Source of the DNA: Tubulanus polymorphus
Lineage: Eukaryota; Animalia; Nemertea
Direction of reading: 5' to 3'
DNA length: 64,000 bases
NCBI RefSeq assembly: GCF_964204645.1
Contig: NC_134030.1
Coordinates: 5,746,778-5,810,777 of the forward strand
Part shown: positions 12,750-22,267 of the stretch, piece after piece
Layout of the letters: each line of letters begins with the position of its first letter
Position numbering within the stretch: position 1 is the stretch's first letter
Notes under the pieces: generated by a model
Seen by the model: the letters and a program-made list of their open reading frames with translations, nothing else
The model's database searches: none
What the model was told of the DNA's origin: nothing
Translations under genes and position numbers: made by a program

Positions 12750-13360
12750 ACAAGCCACATGAGACCACGGCTCGGGCTCAGTCTCAAACTCCGAAATCAC
12801 CATTACTTCCCATTGCATTTTGCATATGTTGAAAATGGCCAATAGCCAGATTTTGTTGAGACAACTTTTTGAATTTCGACCCCGTTCCTCGGTTATGAGG
12901 TCAACCTCAAGGTCATGTTGTTGAAAAACATAGTTTTCAGTGCATAGTTCTGCCACTAGGTGACGCACTGGGGCTAGTCCTTGGCATTGCACAATTAGAT
13001 CTCTACTTTGATTGTACCCAAGTTTCCGGGTGCGCGGTATATGCGCAGCTTTGCCGCGCGAAAACTTGCGGCACCAATCAGATTGCTCGTTGTATAATCG
13101 CTGAGGTAAATTTCACGGAAGAACTATAAATGGGCGAACCCGGGCTAAAATGGAACGGAATATCTGATTGGCTAATAATGACATCACCTAAGCTGCGCAC
13201 TCGGTCTAGCGTGGCAGGGTTTCGTACCGTGGCAATCTCGATGCCATCAGGTTCGAATCCCTGCCGAGGAGGATGGAGATCAATAAGGGCCCCACGGGAG
13301 CCCGAGAACGCCGAGGGACTCACGGTGCTAAGCTTCACACGTAGCGCACGCGAACAGGTT
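12750..13360. mobile_element. Probable non-autonomous Helentron-type (HINE/DINE-1-like) element; boundaries approximate
   Basis: ACAAG terminus. Subterminal inverted 9-mer CTCGGGCTC (12771) / GAGCCCGAG (13298). Stem-loop GTGCTA..TAGCGCAC near the right end, followed by T-rich sequence. Internal AGGTCA repeats and TGTACCCAAGTTTC. GC-rich relative to the flanks. Family assignment is from recalled architecture only. Confidence 0.45.
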
Positions 13361-13902
13361 TGAGTTTTGTAGCGCGAAGATTCGAAAGGAAACGACCGTA
13401 AGACGATAAAAAAGAAGACAAACGACGAACCTCATTCAATTTCATTCATACAGACTGGTAGATTCTAAAACCCAATGATTCATACCGTACTGTTCTGAGT
13501 TGGTTGTTTCCAATGAACGAATCGTGCCGATATAATGGACTTAGCAGTGAACGGCGACGACGCAGGAGGATCGTCGTTTTACCATTGTGATAATCACGTT
13601 TGTGCATATCGAAATATAATGATAATAGATAATAACATTGGTATCAATATAATATAATATGATGAGAAAAATATAATAATAAAATTCCATTAGTACCACT
13701 GCTCATCAAAAACCTCCCGTTGGCAATATGAAATATTAAACAGTTCATTTTGGCAAAACGAATAGATGTTTGCTATTATTTCCTTCGGAACAAATAGACG
13801 TGCACGATTAACGGCATTTGCTGTTAAAATGAATAAGATGAATTGCATCATAGTCATGACATTATTTTGAAATTCATCGCAGTATAAGCTGTTTCTGTGA
13901 TC

Positions 13903-14717
13903 ATGCTTTCCACGTGCCGCCGAAGCGGCGGTTTTTCGACGTTTTTTCGGTACATTATCTGTATCTCCGCGCTCATCGTTCCTGTTTCTCCGCTTATTCT
14001 CGATGGTTTACCTACTATAACTAATAGAGGCCAGTTTTTCGTAAAGGCAAACGTCAGCACAACATTAGCCGTGAACGTTACATCGAGTGGGTCTACGGTT
14101 TTGGAATGCGCCGTGGCGTTTTTGAAACAGAATGTTTTTGGCAGTTTGGGCTTCACATTCTCGAAGCCGGACAACTGCGTTTTAATCGTAGGTGGTGACG
14201 TCACATTACTGGTACCGGGAGGTGTTGCGGAATCGGTGTATTTGAAATACGACATTTTCGCACAATTAGGTATGAAAATTTTACAGATTTCATTATCATT
14301 ACGTTTAAAATACTGAGTATGTTCATGTTTTAATACTTATGCCTTATTATAAGTACATTGGTTCTTGTTCAAATGCGCAGTATAAAAAAGCTTTGACTTA
14401 GGCTAAAAAATTGATACATTGTTTCTCCTTTCTGCTTAGCTTGTTGATCCGGCCGGCCGCCTATCTACCCTCTAAATTACTTAAATCATGATAAATCTCA
14501 TCATAATACGCACCCGGCTGCTATAGAAATGAACTGACCACAAACTTCATATCGATTTTACAAAATGACCCGGCCAATGAGGAGAAACAAGGTACCACTT
14601 TCGTTTAGCCTTAAAATATCTTTTTAGCTCGGTGATTGAAGCCAACCGTTCTTAATTTCAGCTTTGGCGATTTCAGCAACTACGGAGCCTGACATACTAC
14701 CAATAGGACCGAGATAA
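13903..14717 (+). CDS. Secreted ~140 aa protein with degenerate PAN/apple-like domain (paralog A), 2 exons
   Basis: Exon 1 13903-14269: ATG, hydrophobic signal FFRYIICISALIVPVSP, motif STVLECAVAF...GFTFSKPDNCVL, donor G|GTATGA, phase 1. Exon 2 14662-14717 follows ttaatttcag and reads in frame ALAISATTEPDILPIGPR-stop. Homology to the 15627 ORF supports coding. Confidence 0.75.
14401..14610. mobile_element. PIF/Harbinger (Tourist-like) MITE, copy 1, inside the intron of paralog A
   Basis: TTA on both flanks (14398-14400, 14611-14613). ~30-bp TIR: GGCTAAAAAATTGATACATTGTTTCTCCT vs right-end reverse complement GGCTAAACGAAAGTGGTACCTTGTTTCTCCT. Second copy at 37510. Confidence 0.8.
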
Positions 14718-15394
14718 CTTCAACATTGTTATCGAGGTGAAATATATGTTTTGAAAAGTATAGACATCGTAATACCGCGATTTAAAGTTTTAATCATTAA
14801 ATTCATAGGGATTTAGTGTATCAAAGCTAAAGCAACTGTATTGTTTAATTACGAAACAAAATCGAAGCAAAAACATTTAATTTTATGTTTATGTTTCATG
14901 TTTAAATTAAAAACTAATTTTTCTATCACTACATACATCTTCGAATGTTTTAGTACTTGCTAAAGATTTTAAATTCAATTTCAATGTGTTGATTAACGAA
15001 TATGATTCAGAAACGATGTGTTGCATTAATTGAAAAAGATTTCGGAAATTCTGGTCCGCACAGATTGTTGTTGTTATAAAGCGTACAGAATAAAATTGAT
15101 TGGAACAAGCTCATCGAAAAATTTGCGCATTGTATACTGAAATATTTTTCAAAAATCGGAGCCGATTGGACGGTTTTTTTTACCCCCAGGGTTAATTCTC
15201 AATAAGTATAAAAGTTTTATCATCAGTTCAAATGTCTATTGACAAATATGAAACCAGTGCTTTGTTGAATAGAATCTGTTTATAATTTGGAAACGAAATA
15301 CCTCGAGGAAAATGATTCAATTCAACTCATTTCCAAATATTATTAATCTAATGTACAATAGTTTGTAAAACTAATTATCAACACTATTGTTCAC

Positions 15395-15447
15395 ATGCCT
15401 CGTGGATGATCATCGTTTTATTAAGACGATTATCATCCACGAGGCAT
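15395..15447. repeat. Near-perfect 53-nt inverted repeat (hairpin)
   Basis: ATGCCTCGTGGATGATCATCGTTTTA-T-TAAGACGATTATCATCCACGAGGCAT. The outer 16 bp are perfect, with two mismatches further in. Confidence 0.9.
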
Positions 15448-15626
15448 TTTTCTTGGTGCCAACAACGTTAGCATAACATAGAAAAGGCTGGTGGATACTA
15501 TAGATGTGAACTAGAACATCATTGCTTAATACTGTTGTAAAAATCAAACAGAAAAAATCAGAAGGGTTATTCTGCAACCCGACGATATTTATTCATGTTA
15601 TTTGAATTAAACACACGCATTCAACT

Positions 15627-16147
15627 ATGGCATTCGTGTATCACCGAAGCGGCAGTTTTACATCACCCATTTGGTACGTTTTGATCGTCTTTACTGCCGT
15701 TGTTGTTTCTGCTGAGGATTCGCCGACAATCAGGGGAGAATATTTCGTCGAAAAGAATGTTTTCATAGTGACTGCTAGGACGCAACAGTTGAACCGGTCA
15801 ACGATACTCGAATGCGCTGCAGGCCTTTTAGCAAAAGGTATTTCTAGTGTGGGATTCAGATTTTCGCGTCCAGACAATTGTACTTTAATCATCGGTGGGT
15901 TTCCTTCAGTAGATATAACCCCGTTGGAACTTACGTACATGAAAGACTCTGGAGATGATATTGAGATTGAGGTACGTCAAAAAGTTTTCCGCGAATTCAA
16001 TACAGTGTACGAATTTCTATATATAATTCTAAATTTCTGAATTTTGAAAGAGCACTTGTTTAAATAATGGACTCTAAAACGAAGGGACGTGAAACCAAGT
16101 GTTTTCTATTATAGCCGAACAGCATTGAGCAAGGAGACGCGCCATAG
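15627..16147 (+). CDS. Secreted ~125 aa protein with degenerate PAN/apple-like domain (paralog B), 2 exons
   Basis: Exon 1 15627-15971: signal IWYVLIVFTAVVVSA|ED, motif STILECAAGL...GFRFSRPDNCTLIIGG, donor GAG|GTACGT, phase 0. Likely exon 2 16115-16147 follows ttttctattatag and reads PNSIEQGDAP-stop. The 3' exon is less certain. Confidence 0.72.
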
Positions 16148-19100
16148 TCCATGTTTAAATGCGGACCTTCTAATTTCACTTTATTCTGATTTCTTTATTT
16201 GATTACCGATCGTTTTTGCTACACGTTCTATATAGAGATGGCAGAATTTGCAGATCAAGTATTGAGATCGTGTGCCCATCTACTTTCAGGGGAAGATACG
16301 GATTGACCCAAAATGATCCTGCATTTTCCACACGCTCCACAACGCATCCACAGTTACTATCGCCTCGCAATGCACTGATTTTCTAAACTGAATTAACATT
16401 TTAACATTTACTACGAGTTCTGGATTTAGAATATCAGCGATTTTCCTAAAACCAAAAATCACATAATGTGCAAATTTCTGCGTCTGATAAATAATCAGCT
16501 TAATTGATACGATAACGTCACGCCATGTCAGATTTATTTTTGTAAAAGGTTTTTCTCCAATACCCGAGCAACGTGAAGAAGAACCCACGATGAAGAAAAG
16601 CCGTGAAGAAAAACCACGATAGTATATTAGAAGATAGATTACGCACTACGTTAAAAAGCTGTTAGTGCAACATCTTCCGTCAGTAAGAAATTGAGCTGGT
16701 CGCTGAAACAACGTTAACTTTTCGAAACAACTGTGCCAAGATTTTAATACGTGGCTAATTATATTTTAATTGACGTATAGATTGTATTCATCATTCGACC
16801 TAAACGAAACCAAATGAGTATAAACCGGTTAATCATGTATGTACGATACTGCAAAGCAACCGATGGAAACGAGTGGTCGAACGATCGATTTCTCGCGGTT
16901 GTAACTTTCGAACTTTTCACTGGCTGAAATATCTGACAGTCGTTTCAACAAGGCGAGCTACATAGTCTGATTGTGAATGTTACACATGTTTCGTTGATGG
17001 TTTTTGTTAGAATCCCAGCAAATGATTAAACCAATATTTCTACAAAGGTGTATTGAGGACAGTGGAATTAAAAGCAGATTTATAGTGCATTTGATAATTC
17101 ACAAAAACCTTTCTAACGGGCTTCGGTATAATTTTTTCTGCCTATTTTGTGTATTCGACATAATATGCCCCGAGCGTTACAAATAATTAGGACAAGGATT
17201 TAGGGAACAAAAACACAAATTAAACATAACTTTAGCAAAATGTATACATTTCCATTGGTTATGATTTTGTATACGATTGAACATGTCCTAATTCTTTATC
17301 ATTGAGAAAAGTTGGCATTGCCGACTTCTACGGTACTTCTTTTGTCTGTGACTTCACACGCGCGATTATCATTTTTGTTATGGCGATCTTATAAATGCAC
17401 GTATGATTTTCGAAATGACGTTGTATGATAATTGGACACATTGTACACTAAGCGTCGCAGAACTTTTCTGTATTTGCGCCTGTTAAGAGCACGCACTAAT
17501 TGACCTACTAAAATCAGTCGCAGTAAAGCACCAGTCGCCAAGATGTAATACGGCATTTTATGTCCAAAAGAAACCGACGATTTCATTCTTATACACTTGC
17601 CTTCAGCTTGACAAGTCAGGCCTCTCTATCCGCTAATGAAATAAATGTTTCCGTTTGAAATTTCCTGAAGGGACGTCAAAATTAATTGCAACATTGGCTA
17701 CTCGACTAAGCGACAACTAAGCCTCGCGTAATTTGATTAGTCGGTGTAACGTCGCTGTTCGATTAATTCTTTATTATTGAAGATTGCATTACAATTCGTT
17801 TACCACGGAATGGCCGTGTAGGTAAGCAGGTACTGACCTTTTTGGTCGGTAGACTGAGAAACATATTGCACCTCCTTCGGTTCGCCCAGATTACGACCAT
17901 GGAACTAGAATGTGTTCACTTATCGGAATGATATGGTTACAAGAAGCTAATTATCAATCCAAACATATCAGGATTCTTTGATCAAACACAAATCTTTTTC
18001 GCTCCTCTTTCTCTGCCGCTAGTATATAACTCGTAATCTCCGAGGCTATAAACAGAAATGACGTATCAATGGGACATCTCAATTTCTAGTAGGCCTACTA
18101 ATGGTAAGTAATACCACTCCGTGACCCGAACCGAAAATTTATCGCAAACCTCATGACTTATTTTCGTGACATGAGCTGAAAATGCCGTATTTTACCGCAT
18201 CTTTACAACCCGTCTTCTGCGTGAAGTGATTCGGACTCTTGTTTTTTCAAGAGGTCGATATAACGCCATTTTTTCAATTGATATAAGACAGATGGAACAT
18301 ATACATTGATATGTATGAACCATTATCGTGGCATGAAAAATACGTGTAGCCAGAAATAAATGCGTTATTTGAAGTAAATCGTTACGGGGCTAGCAGTGGA
18401 AGTGATAACTATGAATAAGCCTAACGCCTGGCGAATATAAACAAGATATAGACGATGGAGCTGCCGACTTATTTTATGCGAACACCCGCGTGCCTGTATG
18501 TTAATCAGACCAATTAAGGTGCCTCATCGCAAAGGCAGATTCATGCCATTAAGCGTCAATAATTCGCCACAGGGAATCGCTGACTTTTCCCGGTTTGATC
18601 AAAAATGTCGTTGCTATCTACAGCTTCTAAAATAGTCGTCTCCCGTGTCCAGGCCTGCCCGTGATTATATAATACGATTATGGAGCGTACGGTGACAATC
18701 TGAAGTGCCGTCAGTCGCCAGAGGCTTGTTGGAAACTGGTAGTGACTAAACTGAAAAACCGAGCAGTTTGCTCATTAAAAATAAGCATAACCATAATAAA
18801 CATCCGTGTTATCTGTCTAATGTATAAAGGTCTCTGAGCTTTTTCCATATGTTCAAGTTGAAATGTTATTCCGTAAAATACACGTAGATCAAAACCATTT
18901 TCTATATTTCGATATATTCTACATACGAATTCATCACTTCTTATCATCGATGATATCAAAAAGCAAAGCAGATTTCACACATCGATGTTCTTTGAATGGA
19001 AATGTTCACACGGAATGGAATAGACTCGGCAATTTCCAAACTAATAAGCACAGGCAATCCTTGGCGTCAGTGCTTATAATCAAAACTATGTCAGCAAGCC

Positions 19101-19404
19101 GGAAGTATGGATTTGACGTGAATTGATTCCCGCTGTCTCGCTATTTCATCTGCTATTCAGCGCTGCGTCTTACCAAAATACGTCTGCTTACAGTATTACC
19201 TCTTAAGCGTATAAACGCGCCAAGAAATTCGGAAAGGTCACATTGAATGAGATGTAATATATATAAATGATATTTTCAAATGAGAACTAATTTCGTAAAA
19301 GTTTAAATCGATCAAATACATTAGAATTAAAATACACTCTCTAAAGAGACTATTATATGGTTACGATGTTACAATTTGGATAATTTTTAATTGATACTAA
19401 TGTA

Positions 19405-19659
19405 ATTTCTAAAGCGCCCTGTTTTCTACAATGTTCAACGGCGCCTTCCATTAAATTGATACTATTACCCCCAGCCGTAAACTCAAACCATAATTTATCG
19501 GGACCAAAATCATCTCACAGACCAGGTACCCATTTACTCCTGGGTGGAGTGAGGCAATGAGGATAGGTGCTTCGCCCGCGGACATTGCGGTATAGGTATT
19601 CGGACCCACCACCTGGCTTCCATGACTGGAACGCTCTAACCACTTGCCCACCATCGCTC
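19405..19659 (-). mobile_element. tRNA-derived SINE, copy 1
   Basis: Minus-strand head with an A-box-like TGGGCAAGTGG followed by TTAGAGCG and a degenerate B-box GGTCCGAATACC. Central CTCCACCCAGGAGTAAATGGGTACC motif. 3' end GCGCTTTAGAAAT. Shares long blocks with 55868-56135. Confidence 0.75.
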
Positions 19660-21953
19660 ACTGACCGTTTGAATTCTTATTACTACGAGAATATCGACTT
19701 AAACTCAATACAAAGTGCGTTAGGAACGTTGATTATACTCTAGGGTGTATTTCGAGGTTTAGTTAGTTGTGGTATCTAATCGAAATCATACCGATTTGAA
19801 GAAATATTTACATATACGTATAGGAGACTATATCTATATTGCACCATTAACAAGTAGTTTGAGAGCCCGCGGGATGTTGTGGCTATTGCCGAATTTGCGT
19901 TTATTGCGTTGGTCACGTGGATGCAACGATTGCCGAACACGCGGAAATGAGAGTGCGAATGCATTAATTCGTCTCAAAACGATGCATAATTTAAAGGGCC
20001 AAAGCTCGATTTATAACAACTGATAATGGCCTGCCACTACTCTAAATTGGCTATTGATGATAAATAAAATCACACGAAACCATAAGCCAAAGTCGTCAAT
20101 TTTAACATTGATTAGTTTCTGCGACATGTTGTGACTTATGAACTGAAGAATTAGCATTATGAATAGATAACTTTGAAATGAAAGGCGTCGGCTCTAGAAA
20201 TGGTATATCTGTGACATGAAACGGCGTTCATCCCGAATGATGGCGCAATTCACGTGCCACCGCTTAACGAATCGGTAAAAATGACCAATCCAAGAAAAAA
20301 CTAACTTAGACGACTGCTAGCGCGGACGTTTTTAGTGATTTCATATGATTTGCCTATTTACATTCATATTCGCTGACGATTATTTGCCTGGAAAAAAATC
20401 CCGACTCCCGTCGAAATGTGAATCTTATCTGCGCAAACGTGATTTTGATTGTTATGACGTCGTTACGAGCATAACGTCGATTATCTCTCTTTCGATGCTA
20501 ACGAATATCTAACCCTTTCGCTCGCGAAGATCGTTTATACGTGTATATCATGTATATCAGACGATTCGGGCAAATTACCAGTGTCCAGTGTTATTGGGTT
20601 TTGCTTAAATTCGATTTATAGACGTCCCAATGCAGACTAGATTTAAAATCAAGGAAAACGTGAAAGGTAAAATACATACAAGACAAATAGTTCTTTTTAG
20701 ATTAAACAGTTCATTTGATGCACGAGTTTTCCCTACTAAATAGCTTCATCAAATGAATGATGAAATTTGAATGGAAATCTAGTAGTAATAGGTTTAGATA
20801 TACAGGCAAAGTAAGAAAAAGGCCGACATTGATGGAGCACACGGTACATTGATATTGCCGCAGCCACGCTGTCCCCACCTATACGCTCACGCTGATATTT
20901 TCCTCGCCTCAATCGATGTGTCTATAGGCCATAGGTAAAAAGAAAACGTAATGAAAAAATTGTCTAATGAACACTGTCACTTTCCCGCGTATATATCTAT
21001 TTATATTCGCGCTCTGATATGAGGTTCCCGCAACGTTACTGTGGCAATCGAGGATTCCACGTATGGCAGGTGAGGATCCACCAGGTTCGCTAGCAGTTAC
21101 TCGGTCACCGCGCTTCAATTTCTTCTACATTTCAATTTAATTCCGTCAACTTTACTCATTAGTGAATCAATTTCTAATAAAACTTTACCATACACTTATT
21201 GGGAACGTCAATATTGTATGTATTTGATGACTTATTTAACAACTTCCATTTGGGAGCCTACAAATCCAGTTCAAAGTTCATTGAAAATAAACTAATTTTC
21301 ACTACGTATAACTGAGTGTACTGTAGAGCCATCGGGTTTGTGCCGATGCCCCATTGCCCTGTCATCGCCAGCTTTCTCTGTAGTCCGTATAATGATGTCG
21401 TTTAACGCAAAGTCGATTGAAAAAATATATGCTCTGAATAATAGAGAACGCTCGTATGGGGAGTGTCAAGCGGATGCGGATGCGGAGCGCTTCCGCCGGA
21501 CCTAGGTTTTATATGTGAATCTGCAAATGTGACAAGCCATCGTAATTATAATGAATGAACGAGGAAAAGGAAAGCGTTGATGGCAATTTTATGTGTGTTT
21601 TACTTAACGTGCGAAATACAATACGTAAAGGCGAACGTTGATGAATTTTCTGTGCGGACATTGTGAATAAACTGAACACATAAACACTATCATTGATTTT
21701 TTAAGATGTCTACCATGTAAATATGGATTTAAATGGCAAAAACCTCGAACTAATGATGGAAACTTGTTTGTATCCGAAACGATGTATGGTCTGACTGTGC
21801 ATTCTATGAAATAATGAAGGAATTCTTAATATAGGATACAAGTCTTTCCACACGACTGTCTATCTATTCAGGATACAATATCGCGATCTTTTGGCCCAGC
21901 TATAAGGGAGAGATATATACCACTCTTATAAGAATAGTATCTGATTGCTACTG

Positions 21954-22267
21954 ATGCCGTCACTATCGCCGCTAGTTTGTATGCTCGCTACTCTCCTTGT
22001 CGTGGTAAAGTGATTGCCAAGATATCGGTGCCCGATACCTAATGCAATAACAACCGCGACGACTTTTGATGCGGTTTACAACTTGAGATCAGATTCGAAA
22101 GAAATTAGTAAACCATCACGTGAATTTGCGTTCAGAAATCGACCGATTACTCGCTCAAACTAAGGTTTTCTATAGGAAAGCGAGTGACATCTGAGGAACC
22201 CCAGTTACTGGTCAATGACGGAGAGGCAGGAACAGCCAGGAGCCGTCCAACTGTTGTTCCATCATAA
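21954..22267 (+). CDS. Putative 60-aa secreted prepropeptide (2 exons), neuropeptide-precursor-like
   Basis: Exon 21954-22004 reads MPSLSPLVCMLATLLVV (donor GTG|GTAAAG). Exon 22136-22267 follows tttgcgttcag and reads KSTDYSLKLRFSI-GKR-VTSEEPQLLVNDGEAGTARSRPTVVPS-stop. AATAAA at 22358 and 22411. Possible UTR acceptor tctattcag at ~21871. Confidence 0.3.

Noticed and set aside
13200-13270. Possible tRNA gene
   Set aside because: A B-box is present, but there are no D or anticodon arms; it folds as a single hairpin inside a repeat.
13854-15940. Two similar minus-strand ORFs (13854-14255, 15641-15940) sharing PPxIKxQLSGxEN
   Set aside because: These are antisense shadows of the paralogous + strand genes, which have signal peptides and splice donors.
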